A DNA stretch of 64,000 bases from Escherichia coli (GCF_044647545.1 NZ_CP172818.1), one strand, 5' to 3'; positions 16,108-30,625 are shown, numbered from the stretch's first letter. A program made the numbers and translations. Notes: generated by a model not told the origin, from the letters alone.

Positions 16108-17469
16108 ATGTCTTTCGATTCTTTGGGTTTAAGCCCTGATATCCTGCGCGCCGTTGCCGAGCAGGGTTACCGTGAACCCACCCCTATTCAGCAGCAGGCG
16201 ATCCCTGCGGTGCTGGAAGGCCGCGACCTGATGGCCAGCGCCCAGACCGGTACCGGCAAAACAGCGGGCTTTACGCTGCCGCTGTTGCAACACCTGATCA
16301 CTCGCCAGCCGCACGCCAAAGGGCGTCGTCCGGTACGTGCGCTCATTCTTACCCCAACCCGTGAACTGGCGGCGCAGATTGGCGAAAACGTCCGTGATTA
16401 CAGCAAATACCTGAATATCCGTTCGCTGGTGGTGTTTGGCGGTGTCAGCATTAACCCGCAGATGATGAAGTTGCGCGGCGGCGTTGATGTGCTGGTGGCA
16501 ACGCCGGGACGTCTGCTGGACCTGGAACATCAGAATGCGGTGAAGCTGGATCAGGTTGAAATCCTCGTCCTCGATGAAGCTGACCGCATGCTCGACATGG
16601 GCTTTATCCACGATATCCGTCGCGTGTTAACAAAACTGCCAGCGAAGCGCCAGAACCTGTTGTTCTCCGCGACCTTCTCTGACGATATTAAAGCTCTGGC
16701 GGAAAAACTGTTGCACAACCCGCTGGAAATCGAAGTGGCACGCCGCAATACCGCGTCTGATCAGGTGACCCAGCATGTTCACTTTGTCGATAAGAAACGC
16801 AAACGCGAATTGCTGTCGCACATGATTGGGAAAGGGAACTGGCAGCAGGTGCTGGTGTTTACCCGTACCAAACATGGCGCTAACCATCTCGCTGAACAGC
16901 TCAATAAAGATGGCATCCGTAGTGCGGCGATCCACGGTAATAAATCGCAAGGTGCGCGTACTCGTGCGCTGGCCGATTTTAAATCGGGCGATATTCGTGT
17001 ACTGGTGGCAACTGACATCGCTGCGCGCGGCCTGGATATTGAAGAGCTGCCGCACGTGGTCAACTATGAACTGCCAAACGTACCGGAAGATTATGTCCAC
17101 CGTATCGGGCGTACCGGTCGTGCGGCTGCTACCGGTGAAGCGTTGTCGCTGGTGTGTGTTGATGAACACAAACTGCTGCGTGATATCGAAAAACTGCTGA
17201 AAAAAGAGATCCCGCGCATTGCGATTCCGGGGTATGAGCCGGACCCGTCAATCAAAGCCGAACCGATACAGAACGGTCGCCAGCAACGTGGCGGCGGTCG
17301 TGGACAAGGCGGTGGTCGCGGTCAACAGCAACCACGCCGTGCGGAAAGTGGTGCGAAGTCTGGTAACGCGAAGCCCGCAGAAAAACCGTCTCGTCGTCCC
17401 GGCGATGCCAAACCGGCAGGCGAACAACAACGTCGCCGCCGTCCGCGTAAACCTGCCGCTGCGCAGTAA
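16108..17469 (+). CDS. rhlE: ATP-dependent DEAD-box RNA helicase
   Basis: 453 aa ORF with Q motif, Walker A (AQTGTGKT), DEAD and SAT motifs; basic Gly/Arg-rich tail. Confidence 0.95.
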   Translation: MSFDSLGLSPDILRAVAEQGYREPTPIQQQAIPAVLEGRDLMASAQTGTGKTAGFTLPLLQHLITRQPHAKGRRPVRALILTPTRELAAQIGENVRDYSKYLNIRSLVVFGGVSINPQMMKLRGGVDVLVATPGRLLDLEHQNAVKLDQVEILVLDEADRMLDMGFIHDIRRVLTKLPAKRQNLLFSATFSDDIKALAEKLLHNPLEIEVARRNTASDQVTQHVHFVDKKRKRELLSHMIGKGNWQQVLVFTRTKHGANHLAEQLNKDGIRSAAIHGNKSQGARTRALADFKSGDIRVLVATDIAARGLDIEELPHVVNYELPNVPEDYVHRIGRTGRAAATGEALSLVCVDEHKLLRDIEKLLKKEIPRIAIPGYEPDPSIKAEPIQNGRQQRGGGRGQGGGRGQQQPRRAESGAKSGNAKPAEKPSRRPGDAKPAGEQQRRRRPRKPAAAQ

Positions 17470-17474
17470 TCTTT

Positions 17475-17621
<147 letters not shown>

Positions 17622-17702
17622 TTTCACAACAAGCACTTGTCAGCAATTTGAGAACACGGGAAAAAATTTCTCTGTTTTACCTCCCATAAGCCACCCGAGA
17701 CG

Positions 17703-18185
17703 TTACTTCTCTATAGCCAATTGTTCGCGCAACTCCATTAAAAGGTAGCCCAGTCGATTCTTGCCCTTACCATTACCACCGTCTCCCCAGTAAGCATCAT
17801 TTTCCGTATGCTCAACCAGTTTTGCGGGCGCGGTTGCCAGCAAGAGCGCACGCAGTTCTGCATGCTGTTCGAATTTAGCGCGAAGTGCTTTTCGCATCAC
17901 CTGTTCTTTGACCGACTCCCAGTTTTTACGCAGAGGCTTAGAACGATCGCGCCCCATGCGTGCGGCGACCATAGGGGAAGAAACCCGACGGATCTCTTCG
18001 CGGTATTTTTCATCAAGGAATTTTTGTGCCTGAAAATAGTGTTCTGAGGTGGGCCAGGTTTTCCCGTCAACCTTGATGGGCCAGGCGGCAAAGTTAGAAA
18101 AATCACCGTAGTCATCGCCGGTGCTGTAGAAATTTATGATGGTGTCTTGCATGACGTGTTGGATCCTTTGTGCTCGAACGGGCAT
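17703..18185 (-). CDS. ybiA: N-glycosidase acting on riboflavin-pathway intermediates
   Basis: 160 aa ORF. Confidence 0.9.
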   Translation of the reverse strand: MPVRAQRIQHVMQDTIINFYSTGDDYGDFSNFAAWPIKVDGKTWPTSEHYFQAQKFLDEKYREEIRRVSSPMVAARMGRDRSKPLRKNWESVKEQVMRKALRAKFEQHAELRALLLATAPAKLVEHTENDAYWGDGGNGKGKNRLGYLLMELREQLAIEK

Positions 18186-18270
18186 TAAACCGCATTATGT
18201 TGATGGTTATTGCGAGCCGCTTTCCAGAAACAGAAAAACCATTACCCCTGAAAACCGAAAAATGCCACAA

Positions 18271-18290
18271 TATTGGCTGTTTATACAGTA
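18271..18290 (+). promoter_or_regulatory. LexA (SOS) box in the dinG promoter
   Basis: tattggCTGTttatACAGta, CTGT-N4-ACAG core, 15 nt upstream of the dinG ATG; spacing is shorter than the canonical CTGT-N8-ACAG SOS box and the dinG operator is known to be non-canonical. Confidence 0.8.
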
Positions 18291-18304
18291 TTTCAGGTTT
18301 TCTC

Positions 18305-20455
18305 ATGGCATTAACCGCCGCGCTTAAAGCGCAAATTGCCGCCTGGTATAAGGCGCTTCAGGAACAGATCCCCGACTTTATTCCCCGTGCGCCGCAGCGG
18401 CAGATGATTGCGGACGTCGCCAAAACGCTGGCCGGAGAAGAAGGGCGGCATCTGGCGATTGAAGCACCCACCGGCGTTGGGAAAACGCTCTCCTATTTGA
18501 TCCCCGGCATCGCCATTGCCCGCGAAGAGCAAAAAACGCTGGTGGTAAGTACCGCCAACGTGGCATTGCAGGATCAGATCTACAGCAAAGATTTACCGCT
18601 GCTGAAAAAGATCATTCCCGATCTTAAATTCACTGCTGCTTTTGGGCGTGGGCGCTACGTTTGCCCGCGTAATCTGACGGCGCTCGCCAGTACTGAACCC
18701 ACGCAACAGGATCTGCTGGCGTTTCTTGACGACGAGCTGACACCGAACAATCAGGAAGAGCAAAAACGTTGTGCGAAGCTGAAGGGCGATCTCGACACTT
18801 ATAAATGGGATGGCCTGCGCGATCATACTGATATCGCTATAGATGATGATCTCTGGCGTCGTTTGAGTACCGACAAAGCCAGCTGCCTCAACCGCAACTG
18901 TTACTACTATCGCGAATGCCCGTTTTTTGTTGCTCGTCGGGAAATTCAGGAAGCGGAAGTGGTGGTGGCAAACCATGCGCTGGTGATGGCGGCGATGGAA
19001 AGCGAAGCCGTATTGCCTGACCCGAAAAATTTACTGCTGGTGCTGGACGAAGGTCATCACCTGCCAGATGTGGCGCGGGATGCGCTGGAGATGAGCGCCG
19101 AAATCACCGCGCCCTGGTATCGACTACAGTTGGACTTGTTCACGAAACTGGTCGCTACCTGCATGGAGCAGTTTCGCCCGAAGACCATCCCACCGCTGGC
19201 GATCCCTGAACGTTTGAATGCGCATTGTGAAGAGCTGTATGAGCTTATCGCCTCGTTAAACAACATTCTCAATCTCTACATGCCTGCCGGGCAGGAGGCA
19301 GAGCACCGTTTTGCGATGGGCGAACTGCCTGATGAAGTGCAGGAGATCTGCCAGCGGCTGGCAAAACTCACCGAGATGCTGCGTGGCCTGGCGGAGTTAT
19401 TTCTTAACGATTTAAGTGAGAAAACCGGCAGCCATGACATTGTACGTCTGCATCGGTTGATTTTGCAGATGAATCGCGCGTTGGGGATGTTCGAGGCGCA
19501 AAGCAAACTCTGGCGGCTGGCGTCTCTGGCGCAATCTTCCGGTGCGCCGGTGACCAAATGGGCGACGCGGGAAGAGCGCGAAGGGCAGCTGCATCTCTGG
19601 TTTCACTGTGTGGGTATTCGTGTCAGCGATCAGCTGGAAAGGCTGCTGTGGCGCAGTATTCCGCACATTATTGTCACCTCCGCAACCTTGCGTTCGCTGA
19701 ACAGTTTTTCGCGTTTGCAGGAGATGAGTGGTCTGAAAGAGAAAGCGGGCGACCGTTTTGTGGCGCTGGATTCCCCCTTCAACCACTGCGAACAGGGCAA
19801 AATTGTTATTCCCCGGATGCGCGTTGAGCCTTCTCTCGACAACGAAGAGCAGCATATTGCCGAAATGGCGGCCTTTTTCCGTAAGCAGGTGGAGAGCAAA
19901 AAACATCTCGGTATGTTGGTACTGTTTGCCAGCGGACGGGCGATGCAGCGCTTTCTCGACTATGTGACGGATTTACGTCTGATGTTGCTGGTGCAGGGCG
20001 ATCAGCCGCGTTACCGTTTAGTTGAACTGCACCGCAAACGCGTCGCCAACGGTGAGCGCAGCGTGCTGGTGGGCTTACAGTCATTTGCCGAAGGGCTTGA
20101 TCTGAAAGGCGATCTGCTCAGCCAGGTGCATATCCACAAAATCGCTTTTCCGCCCATCGACAGTCCGGTGGTGATCACCGAAGGTGAATGGCTGAAAAGC
20201 CTCAACCGCTATCCGTTTGAGGTGCAAAGCCTGCCGAGCGCTTCGTTTAACCTGATTCAGCAGGTTGGGCGACTGATTCGAAGCCACGGTTGCTGGGGGG
20301 AAGTGGTTATCTACGACAAACGCTTGCTGACCAAAAATTATGGCAAGCGACTACTGGATGCATTACCGGTATTTCCGATAGAGCAACCGGAAGTCCCTGA
20401 AGGTATAGTTAAAAAGAAAGAAAAAACGAAATCCCCACGCCGTCGGCGGCGTTAA
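18305..20455 (+). CDS. dinG: ATP-dependent DNA helicase DinG (damage-inducible, Fe-S)
   Basis: 716 aa from ATG at 18305 (MALTAALKAQIAAWYK...); the 761 aa ORF-track entry is an upstream extension. Confidence 0.95.
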   Translation: MALTAALKAQIAAWYKALQEQIPDFIPRAPQRQMIADVAKTLAGEEGRHLAIEAPTGVGKTLSYLIPGIAIAREEQKTLVVSTANVALQDQIYSKDLPLLKKIIPDLKFTAAFGRGRYVCPRNLTALASTEPTQQDLLAFLDDELTPNNQEEQKRCAKLKGDLDTYKWDGLRDHTDIAIDDDLWRRLSTDKASCLNRNCYYYRECPFFVARREIQEAEVVVANHALVMAAMESEAVLPDPKNLLLVLDEGHHLPDVARDALEMSAEITAPWYRLQLDLFTKLVATCMEQFRPKTIPPLAIPERLNAHCEELYELIASLNNILNLYMPAGQEAEHRFAMGELPDEVQEICQRLAKLTEMLRGLAELFLNDLSEKTGSHDIVRLHRLILQMNRALGMFEAQSKLWRLASLAQSSGAPVTKWATREEREGQLHLWFHCVGIRVSDQLERLLWRSIPHIIVTSATLRSLNSFSRLQEMSGLKEKAGDRFVALDSPFNHCEQGKIVIPRMRVEPSLDNEEQHIAEMAAFFRKQVESKKHLGMLVLFASGRAMQRFLDYVTDLRLMLLVQGDQPRYRLVELHRKRVANGERSVLVGLQSFAEGLDLKGDLLSQVHIHKIAFPPIDSPVVITEGEWLKSLNRYPFEVQSLPSASFNLIQQVGRLIRSHGCWGEVVIYDKRLLTKNYGKRLLDALPVFPIEQPEVPEGIVKKKEKTKSPRRRRR

Positions 20456-20482
20456 TGATGTGAGTCAGGTAAGGAGTCGTAA

Positions 20483-21445
<963 letters not shown>

Positions 21446-21451
21446 TTCTTT

Positions 21452-22671
<1,220 letters not shown>

Positions 22672-22677
22672 AAAAAA

Positions 22678-22699
22678 GCCCGTCCAGTGGCGGACGGGC
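22678..22699 (-). terminator. Stem-loop between convergent hcxB and ybiJ
   Basis: gcccgtcc-agtgg-cggacgggc hairpin; the U-run lies on the minus-strand side. Confidence 0.55.
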
Positions 22700-22809
22700 A
22701 AACAAGGGTAACATAGGATCAATGAGGGTTAGAGCATATGCGTCTGTCGGCAAACAGACAGGGAAATACTTGTGCTGAACGTAGCGTAACCGCCTGATTA
22801 GCATACGAA

Positions 22810-23070
22810 TTACTTATAAATTACCGCAGTACCGCTTAATTTATTGTTGTTGGTGGCAGAAGTGATGCTGTATCCACTGGCACCGGCCGCCGCGGCTTTC
22901 TCAGCCAGTTTCGCTTCCAGGGCATCGAGGGTGGATGCGCCATCGGCAGAAACCACGCCGATTTTATTCATGTTCTGTGCCTGGGATGCCGTTACCGGTT
23001 CCGCCGCGAACACGCCAAATGACAGAGTTGAAAGAGCCATAGCAGCAACAACAGTATTGATAGTTTTCAT
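22810..23070 (-). CDS. ybiJ: DUF1471 (YhcN-family) small periplasmic protein
   Basis: 86 aa with signal peptide, ends GTAVIYK; paralog of mcbA. Confidence 0.9.
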   Translation of the reverse strand: MKTINTVVAAMALSTLSFGVFAAEPVTASQAQNMNKIGVVSADGASTLDALEAKLAEKAAAAGASGYSITSATNNNKLSGTAVIYK

Positions 23071-23334
23071 AATTAATCTCTCGCAGGTGATTTTTGTATA
23101 AGTGACGTTGTTTCGTCGATGTGATGAGTATCACGTTTTTTTACGAGAGATAAAATCGAAGAGAATTGACCGCCTTGTTCAAATAAATTGATTGATATCT
23201 AACATACTGATAAACCATTTATTTGTTGTACTTATGGACTTGTTTTATACCGCGTGGCAGTCACGGTAGCGTTAAAGGCACGGAATGCCACGCAAAATAC
23301 AAATTATACTCGCTATACATCCCGCCAGTTGTAG

Positions 23335-23601
23335 TTAACGTAACTGGCTGTCTTTCGAACCTCTGCGATTATATCCTGTATAAGCTGGTTTTTGTAAATC
23401 TTTCTCCTGCTGACAATGAATGCATAAGCGCACGCCAGGAATGGCTTCCCGACGGGCCTGCGGGATAGGGGCACCGCACTCTTCACATTCATACAGGCTT
23501 TCGCCATGCGGAATTTCACCCCGAGCGCGGGCAATCGCATCTTCAATTGTACTGTTGATCTGTTCGTTGACGGCGTCATCATTAGCCCAACCGGATGCCA
23601 T
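23335..23601 (-). CDS. ybiI: DksA/TraR-type C4 zinc-finger protein
   Basis: 88 aa with CxxC...CxxC (CEECGAPI...CIHCQ). Confidence 0.9.
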   Translation of the reverse strand: MASGWANDDAVNEQINSTIEDAIARARGEIPHGESLYECEECGAPIPQARREAIPGVRLCIHCQQEKDLQKPAYTGYNRRGSKDSQLR

Positions 23602-23674
23602 ATCGTCCTCCCCATATCAATGCTTGTACAGCTAAGTGTAGCTAATATAGGGACGAACTCGGGCAGTTCAAGCG

Positions 23675-24352
23675 TCAGATCTCCGACCATTCCCGCAGCA
23701 GATTATGATAAAGATTGAGCAGCGACAGGATCTCTTCACTTTCGCCATGGCGGCTTTTCAGCGACTGAATATTGGTGTCCAGTTCGAACAGCATGGCGCG
23801 CTTTTTATCATCGCGGATCATCGACTGGATCCACATAAATGATGCCACCCGTACGCCACGGGTTACGGGTGTCACGCAGTGCAGGCTGCTGGAAGGGTAC
23901 AACACCAGATCGCCTGCCGGGAGTTTTACCCGATGTTGCCCGAAGGTGTCATTAACGACCAGTTCGCCGCCGTCGTAGCTTTCTGGATCGCTTAAAAACA
24001 GCGTGGCAGAAAGGTCAGTGCGCATCCAGCCGTTTTGTGGATGGCTGCGTACTGCGCCATCCACATGGAAACCATAGGTTTCATTGTTCTGATAGCGATT
24101 AAACAGCGGCGTGGAAAGGGTACGCGGCAAGGCCGCGGCAAAGAACAAAGCATGTTGATTAACCGCGTTCAGCACCTCATTTTGCAGGGCGGCGTATAAC
24201 GTGCTGCGGGTGTCTACCTGTTGATTGTTCTTAACTTGCGCACCTTGTGCGCCGGTGGTGACGCGTCCATCCACCCATTCGGCTTGTTCCAGTTGTTCGC
24301 GAAACCGGGCGACGTCCTTTGGCGATAGCACGCCGGGAATGTGGTACATCAT
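23675..24352 (-). CDS. ybiX: PKHD-type Fe(II)/2-oxoglutarate-dependent hydroxylase
   Basis: 225 aa from internal Met (MMYHIPGVL...); directly downstream of fiu. Confidence 0.85.
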   Translation of the reverse strand: MMYHIPGVLSPKDVARFREQLEQAEWVDGRVTTGAQGAQVKNNQQVDTRSTLYAALQNEVLNAVNQHALFFAAALPRTLSTPLFNRYQNNETYGFHVDGAVRSHPQNGWMRTDLSATLFLSDPESYDGGELVVNDTFGQHRVKLPAGDLVLYPSSSLHCVTPVTRGVRVASFMWIQSMIRDDKKRAMLFELDTNIQSLKSRHGESEEILSLLNLYHNLLREWSEI

Positions 24353-24393
24353 ACAAGTTCTCCAAAAAATGGGGCCTGCGCCCCACATCTGAA

Positions 24394-26676
24394 TCAGAAA
24401 TGCATATTGGCCGTGAGCAAGAAGGTTCTTGGCTCGCCCGGGTGATAACGGTAGCCGCTCTTGTTGATTGAGGCGACGTAATCGGTATCAAACAGGTTGT
24501 AGACGTTTAGCTGGAAGTCGAGATTGCGATTAACCCGATACCCCAGTTTAGCGTCGGCGACCCAATAACCTTCGGTAAACGCTGGCGTTCCCACCGCGCC
24601 GTCAGAACCTTTATGCATACTGCCGATATACCGTGCGCCCGCACCAACGGAAATATCATCGGTTGCCTGATATTGGCTCCATAAGGTAAAGGCGTGCTCC
24701 GGCGTATAGGGCAGCGATGAGGAACCATCTTGGGCAACATCTTTGCCGTTTTTGATGGTTGCTTTTTGCTGGGTATAGCCGCCAATCACCTGCCACGCGG
24801 GAGTGATATTCCCGGCCACGGATATCTCATAGCCTTCGACGCGTTTCTTACCGTATTGCGAGTAAGTTCCGTCATCATTTTGCTCAACTTCATTTTCGAT
24901 ATCAGTACGGAACAGCGCGGCGGTGAGCAACAGGCGTTTATCCAGAACCTGCCATTTGGTGCCAATCTCGCTGGTGTTGGCTTTTTGCGGTTTAAAATCG
25001 GTGCGGTTGGCACTGTTACCGCTGCCAGACTGCGCAAGGGCGAAGTTGTTGCCGCCCGGCGGCTGCTGGGAAACGGCATAGTTAATATAGACATTGCCGT
25101 TTTCCGTCAGGTGATACAGCGCCCCGGCTTTCCAGTTCACCAGATTGCCCGACTTGGCGGTATCGACGGTGGTGACCGGAGAACCTTTTGCCACGCCAGC
25201 AGGGCAGGTGATGGCACCGCGTCCGCTGCCGCCGCAGGCGGTGGCACTGTCATATTCAGTATGATAATTATCCAGACGGATCCCGCCGTTCAGCTCAAAA
25301 TCACGGGTGATTTGCAGCGTATCGAAGGCGTAAATTGCGAAGGTATCCGTCTGACCATTGGCGTTTGCGCCGTTGCGCGTCAGGCCGCCGGGATGAATGC
25401 TGCTGTCAGGATGATAAATATTTACCGCAGGTAACGTCACCGGATTAACGCCGTAGTTAGTCTGCGTTTCACGGGTAAATTCCACGCCGGTACTGACATC
25501 ATGACCGATAGAACCGGTATAGAACGTCGAGGTCAGGTTGGTCTGGTTGGTGAGAATTTTATTACTCACATCTTTAGTATTCGCCGTGCGTGACCAGGTC
25601 CAGCTATTCACATCGCTGGTGGGCTGGGTAATATTCGACGCCCCGCCCATAATCGCCGTCATCAGGTAATCCTGCTTCACGCGCGACCAACGGGTAGTAT
25701 TGCGAATGGTGGTGTTATCGTTGATGTCGTGCTCAAAACGCATGGTAGCGGTGTCGGTGGTCGAATCGTCGTAATCGGAATCCGTGCCGTAAAAGTTATG
25801 CGTATCAACTTTTCCGGAATGATTCAGGGCCGCCGTTCCCGCAGATGGGGCAGAATAACCCGGTAAACCGATGGTCGGAATGCCGCCGTCTGGCGTGTTG
25901 TGCTGGGTGACATGCAGATAATTAAGATACAAACGATTCGCTGTACCAAGGCCAAAAGCGACAGAAGGGGCGACGCCGTAACGCTCATTTTTGACTTTGT
26001 CGCGTCCGGCATCGTGCGTTTTTTCGCCCATCACGTTCAGGCGCACCGCAGTGGTATCACCAATGACCTGATTGACGTCCAGCGTGCCGCGGCGGAACCA
26101 GGCGCTGCCAATACTCGCGGAGGCGTCAATGCCCGAATCATTGCGCGGCTGCTTGCTGATCATATTGATCGAGCCCGTCGGCGCGCTGCGCCCGTAGTCG
26201 GTGCCGGACGGCCCTTTAATTACTTCGACCTGCTCGGTATTGAAGGTGTCGCGCGAGACGCTGCCGATATCGCGAATGCCATCAATATAAATACTGTTAG
26301 AAGTATCGGCACCGCGCATATAAATGGCGTCGCCAGTGGTGGAGTTACCGTTCTCACCCGCAAAAAACGCACCCACGCCGGGGACGTTTTTGAGCGCGTC
26401 GGTAAGGTTGGTTGCGCCCTGATCTTTAATCACTTGTTCAGAAATCACCGTCATCGTGCGGGTAGTATCCGCTACCGGACGCGAGAATTTCGGATCGGCA
26501 GATTGTTGTGGCGCATAAAGCGAAGGCGTTGATGCTTCGACAACCAGCGTGTCATCCGCGTTAGTTTGCCCTTCGGCGGCGAGAGCCTGAGCCACAGGCG
26601 TGATGCCAATACAAAGACCGGCAAAGAACGTGAGCGAATGAAATTGTCTGGCAGGGAAATTGCGATTGTTTTCCAT
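24394..26676 (-). CDS. fiu: TonB-dependent catecholate siderophore receptor
   Basis: 760 aa ORF with signal peptide and C-terminal aromatic residue (ends ...ANMHF). Confidence 0.95.
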   Translation of the reverse strand: MENNRNFPARQFHSLTFFAGLCIGITPVAQALAAEGQTNADDTLVVEASTPSLYAPQQSADPKFSRPVADTTRTMTVISEQVIKDQGATNLTDALKNVPGVGAFFAGENGNSTTGDAIYMRGADTSNSIYIDGIRDIGSVSRDTFNTEQVEVIKGPSGTDYGRSAPTGSINMISKQPRNDSGIDASASIGSAWFRRGTLDVNQVIGDTTAVRLNVMGEKTHDAGRDKVKNERYGVAPSVAFGLGTANRLYLNYLHVTQHNTPDGGIPTIGLPGYSAPSAGTAALNHSGKVDTHNFYGTDSDYDDSTTDTATMRFEHDINDNTTIRNTTRWSRVKQDYLMTAIMGGASNITQPTSDVNSWTWSRTANTKDVSNKILTNQTNLTSTFYTGSIGHDVSTGVEFTRETQTNYGVNPVTLPAVNIYHPDSSIHPGGLTRNGANANGQTDTFAIYAFDTLQITRDFELNGGIRLDNYHTEYDSATACGGSGRGAITCPAGVAKGSPVTTVDTAKSGNLVNWKAGALYHLTENGNVYINYAVSQQPPGGNNFALAQSGSGNSANRTDFKPQKANTSEIGTKWQVLDKRLLLTAALFRTDIENEVEQNDDGTYSQYGKKRVEGYEISVAGNITPAWQVIGGYTQQKATIKNGKDVAQDGSSSLPYTPEHAFTLWSQYQATDDISVGAGARYIGSMHKGSDGAVGTPAFTEGYWVADAKLGYRVNRNLDFQLNVYNLFDTDYVASINKSGYRYHPGEPRTFLLTANMHF

Positions 26677-26780
26677 TTTGCAGGTGACTTTTTCTTATAT
26701 GTTGAAATTTTCACTGCCACGAGAAAGCATCTCTGCGGATGCGATGCCACTGTTAATCTCGTGATAGCGTTCGTGCAAGT

Positions 26781-26806
26781 GATAATAATTTTGATAAGCA
26801 TTATCA
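26781..26806 (-). promoter_or_regulatory. Fur box in the fiu promoter
   Basis: gataataattttgataagcattatca, close to the GATAATGATAATCATTATC consensus, about 100 nt upstream of the fiu start. Confidence 0.75.
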
Positions 26807-26940
26807 CTTAGCGCGATTTTCTATCACCCATTGCGCGAAAAAGAAATACATTTATTTACATTGCGTTCATATTTGATGTTTTTTGCTTACAAATCGGACG
26901 AAAACTGCATCCAGAGGCGAATGCAGTTACGTTGGTGGGG

Positions 26941-27201
26941 TTATTTGTAGATGATTGCAGTACCGAACATCTGGTCATTTCCGCCTGCGGAATTAATGAC
27001 ATAACCTTTCGCGCCTTGTTCGCGCGCTTTTTCTGCCAGTTTATCCTCCAGATCGCTTAGGTTTGATGCGCCAGTTGCCGAAACGGTACCGGCGGGCCGT
27101 AGCTGACCGCTGTCCAGGTTACTCATCGGTTGCGCGGCATAAGCCGTGAGAGAGATTCCGCTCAGGACGGTGGCAATCAGTAGTGTGAGGCACTTTTTCA
27201 T
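26941..27201 (-). CDS. mcbA: DUF1471 (YhcN-family) periplasmic protein, colanic-acid mucoidy/biofilm regulator
   Basis: 86 aa from internal Met (MKKCLTLLIAT...), ends GTAIIYK. Confidence 0.9.
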   Translation of the reverse strand: MKKCLTLLIATVLSGISLTAYAAQPMSNLDSGQLRPAGTVSATGASNLSDLEDKLAEKAREQGAKGYVINSAGGNDQMFGTAIIYK

Positions 27202-27476
27202 AATGACATCCTCATAAATACAACGGGTAGTGCCTGATAAGTGTAGGTCGCCTGGGCGATGAAAATGACGCAAAAAATTGACAGAGATGTGCTTGTTTTT
27301 TGAACGATATATTTTTACAAAACAAGACAAATCAATGATATGCATAATGCTGACTTTTATGATGAATTGCCATAAACCATAGCCATGTGAAGGTTTATAG
27401 AAATGATAAACGCAGCCAGATATTTACCCTGTCGCGTTATGCGGGTATCTTACGCCGCTGCTTAAAGGAGAATGCT

Positions 27477-28403
27477 ATGTCCGCCCAGAAACCGGGGTTG
27501 CATCCGCGCAACCGTCATCACAGCCGCTACGATCTCGCCACGCTTTGTCAGGTCAATCCTGAACTCAGGCAATTCCTCACGCTTACACCCGCCGGGGAGC
27601 AAAGCGTAGACTTTGCCAATCCGCTGGCGGTGAAGGCGCTCAATAAGGCGTTGCTGGCCCATTTTTACGCCGTAGCGAACTGGGATATCCCCGACGGTTT
27701 TCTCTGCCCACCAGTACCGGGCCGGGCGGATTATATTCATCACCTTGCCGATTTACTGGCAGAAGCAACAGGATCAATTCCAGCTAATGCCAGCATTCTG
27801 GATATCGGCGTTGGTGCGAACTGTATTTATCCGCTGATTGGCGTACATGAATATGGCTGGCGTTTTACTGGTAGTGAAACCAGCAGCCAGGCGTTAAGCA
27901 GTGCGCAGGCGATCATCAGTGCTAATCCGGGGCTTAACCGCGCCATTCGTCTGCGTCGGCAAAAAGAGAGTGGGGCGATTTTTAACGGCATCATCCATAA
28001 AAACGAGCAATACGACGCGACCTTGTGTAACCCGCCATTCCACGATTCCGCCGCTGCGGCACGGGCAGGTAGTGAACGTAAACGCCGTAACCTGGGGCTA
28101 AACAAAGACGATGCACTGAATTTTGGTGGTCAGCAACAGGAGTTGTGGTGTGAAGGCGGTGAAGTCGCTTTTATTAAAAAGATGATTGAAGAGAGCAAAG
28201 GCTTCGCGAAGCAGGTGATGTGGTTTACCTCGCTGGTATCTCGTGGTGAAAACTTACCGCCGTTGTATCGTGCCCTGACGGACGTGGGCGCGGTGAAGGT
28301 GGTTAAAAAAGAGATGGCCCAGGGGCAAAAGCAGAGTCGCTTTATTGCCTGGACCTTTATGAACGACGAGCAGCGCCGCCGTTTTGTCAATCGCCAGCGT
28401 TAA
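27477..28403 (+). CDS. rlmF: 23S rRNA (adenine1618-N6)-methyltransferase
   Basis: 308 aa from internal Met ([12 protein letters not shown]...); NPPF motif. Confidence 0.9.
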   Translation: MSAQKPGLHPRNRHHSRYDLATLCQVNPELRQFLTLTPAGEQSVDFANPLAVKALNKALLAHFYAVANWDIPDGFLCPPVPGRADYIHHLADLLAEATGSIPANASILDIGVGANCIYPLIGVHEYGWRFTGSETSSQALSSAQAIISANPGLNRAIRLRRQKESGAIFNGIIHKNEQYDATLCNPPFHDSAAAARAGSERKRRNLGLNKDDALNFGGQQQELWCEGGEVAFIKKMIEESKGFAKQVMWFTSLVSRGENLPPLYRALTDVGAVKVVKKEMAQGQKQSRFIAWTFMNDEQRRRFVNRQR

Positions 28404-30625
28404 AGCGTTGGTTCCCCCGGCGGCAACGGTTCAGCCGGGGTCGCGCCCGGAGCAGGCAGCACCTGATAAGTCTGCACTGGCGCGCGAACGCCCGCCAGGT
28501 CGAAATGTTTTTTCACCTGGCTGTCGAGGGCAAAGCGGACCGTCCACTGTTTGAGTGGCAGCGTGGTGAACGAAACACGCAGTGTAAACGCGGTATTGCT
28601 TAAGCCGACAATCCCGGCAAAATTCGGTTCACCAATAATCAGCCCGCGAATTTCTTCGTTTTCCATCAATTCCGCTACCGCATCTTTCAGTGCCTGATTG
28701 GCTTTATCAGCATCTTCATGGCGATCAACATCGTAATTTGCCACCACCGAACCAATGCCGCGGACGAAGTTAGCAAAGGTAGTTATAGAAGACCACGGAA
28801 TGATGTGATACGCCCCGGTATCCTGACGCACGCCCACGGAGCGAATCGACATCCGTTCCACAGTGCCGGTCAACGGCCCGATAGTCACCAAATCTCCAGT
28901 GTTCATACCGTTTTCAAACTGAATAAATACCCCGGTGATAATATCTTTCACCAGCGTTTGCGAACCAAACGAGATAGCCAGACCTAATGCCCCGGCACCT
29001 GCCAGCAATGGCGCGATATTGACGCCGATTTCCGACAACACAATCATGATGGTGATGGTACTGATAATCACCGCCAGCGCGTTACGAAACAGCGTAAGCA
29101 GGGTACGCGTGCGGGCGCTGGGTAGCGGGCGGCCATGAATATCCGAAGCCAGCCGGTTTTCGATCAAACTGGCGAGCACCGTCCAGCCAACCGCCGAGAA
29201 GAAAAGAATGAGTGCGATACGGATCAGGATATCTACGGTTTTCTGCCCCGCACCGTTTTGCAGCCAGTTCCAGAAATCGAACAATCCCCATGCGCTCAAC
29301 AGCAGCATTACCGCCACGCAGACGGTCAGAATACGCGCCGTTTTCAATGCCGCCGAAAGCCAGCCGTTCAGCCGTTTTTGCAGCTCCGGATAATTTCGCT
29401 GAGTATGTGGCGAGAGGGTGATGGTTTTCGCCAGCCAGCGGGAAAACATACCGGAAACAAATGCTGCGATACCAATAATCGCCAGGCTACGCACCGTTGC
29501 ACCCATCATAAATTTCAGGCTGTTGCCCGGATCGAACAACGAAAAGAAAAACAGCACGATAAAATAGGCGCTTGCCAGCCAGTGCCACACCAGCGCAAAG
29601 GCGCGGATAAACAGGCTGAAAAAGGCCAGCGAATGCTCCGCGAAGTTGAGCAAATGCTGGGTAATCTCTTTTTTATTACGAAAGATCAGGTACAGCGCCC
29701 AGACCGTCATGCACAGCATAATGATGACGTTCGCCAGCGCACCTATCTGTACATTCACCTGATTAGAGATAATCGGCACAGCCACAATCAGACCATAGCC
29801 AATCAGGCTGCTTAACCAGCTCAGGCGACGACTCCAGTAACGGGCGGTCTCGTCATGAATCGTGAACGGGCGCAGTTCAGCCACGTTTGGGCAAAAAATC
29901 AGGCGTAGTACGGCTTTGAAAAATTCAATCAGGGCAAAGGCGTTGAGAAACAAACTTTGTTGGAAAGCGATGGTGCGACTGCCCGCATTCAGGTTGTCGC
30001 TTAAAACCTGACCGACAAATAATGTCAGTGCCAGTAACAGCAGGTCGATAATAAACGCCCCGATAATCATCGCCGGAAGCTGCAACCAGTTACTGCGCTC
30101 ACGATTTTTTTGCCGCGCCCACTGGCCCATTTTGCGATACAGCGGAAGTGCGCACAGGCGAATCAGCCAGTAAAAACCAAACACTAATACCGCTAACATT
30201 GAAAAATGGGTCAACGCATTGCTGAAGGTTTGTGGATTAAACGGCTTATGCGGGGAGCCGGTGATATTGCGATAAAGTTGCCCGAAGCGGGCGGAAAGGG
30301 CTTCACCATAATGGCGGCTGACTTCGGTGACCTTTTGCAGCACGGTTTGCTCTTCAACCAGCGTCGGCGGCACGATCTTCGGTACGGGTTCTGCCGGGGG
30401 CGTCGCGGCGACGGTGCGCAACTGGTCGATCAACTCTTTACGCGAGGTGTCATTATCCAGCACATCCGCCAGTGCGCCATAGGCCGCTTTTTTTTGTTCG
30501 ATATCCGGTTCCGGGGCCGGTTCAGTCGTTGAGTCCGTTGTCGTTGTGGTTGTAACGCCGGGTATGGATACCGCGTGGGCAGGTGCGCCCAGCAGGCAGA
30601 AGAGGATGAACAGGATCCACCGCAT
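28400..30625 (-). CDS. ybiO: MscS-family mechanosensitive channel with large periplasmic N-terminal domain
   Basis: 741 aa from internal Met (MRWILFILF...) with signal peptide; MscS-like C-terminal core. Confidence 0.9.
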   Translation of the reverse strand: MRWILFILFCLLGAPAHAVSIPGVTTTTTTDSTTEPAPEPDIEQKKAAYGALADVLDNDTSRKELIDQLRTVAATPPAEPVPKIVPPTLVEEQTVLQKVTEVSRHYGEALSARFGQLYRNITGSPHKPFNPQTFSNALTHFSMLAVLVFGFYWLIRLCALPLYRKMGQWARQKNRERSNWLQLPAMIIGAFIIDLLLLALTLFVGQVLSDNLNAGSRTIAFQQSLFLNAFALIEFFKAVLRLIFCPNVAELRPFTIHDETARYWSRRLSWLSSLIGYGLIVAVPIISNQVNVQIGALANVIIMLCMTVWALYLIFRNKKEITQHLLNFAEHSLAFFSLFIRAFALVWHWLASAYFIVLFFFSLFDPGNSLKFMMGATVRSLAIIGIAAFVSGMFSRWLAKTITLSPHTQRNYPELQKRLNGWLSAALKTARILTVCVAVMLLLSAWGLFDFWNWLQNGAGQKTVDILIRIALILFFSAVGWTVLASLIENRLASDIHGRPLPSARTRTLLTLFRNALAVIISTITIMIVLSEIGVNIAPLLAGAGALGLAISFGSQTLVKDIITGVFIQFENGMNTGDLVTIGPLTGTVERMSIRSVGVRQDTGAYHIIPWSSITTFANFVRGIGSVVANYDVDRHEDADKANQALKDAVAELMENEEIRGLIIGEPNFAGIVGLSNTAFTLRVSFTTLPLKQWTVRFALDSQVKKHFDLAGVRAPVQTYQVLPAPGATPAEPLPPGEPTL

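Noticed and set aside
18170-18304. N-terminal extension of dinG (761 aa ORF)
   Set aside because: The extension runs through the LexA box and promoter; the ATG at 18305 gives the expected 716 aa product.
23223-23468. 81-aa plus-strand ORF overlapping ybiI
   Set aside because: Antisense to the ybiI zinc-finger gene, with no ribosome-binding site context or family resemblance.
24730-26532. Long plus-strand ORFs (234 aa and 210 aa) inside the fiu locus
   Set aside because: They are antisense to an intact 760-aa TonB-dependent receptor and are the usual shadow ORFs of a GC-rich gene.
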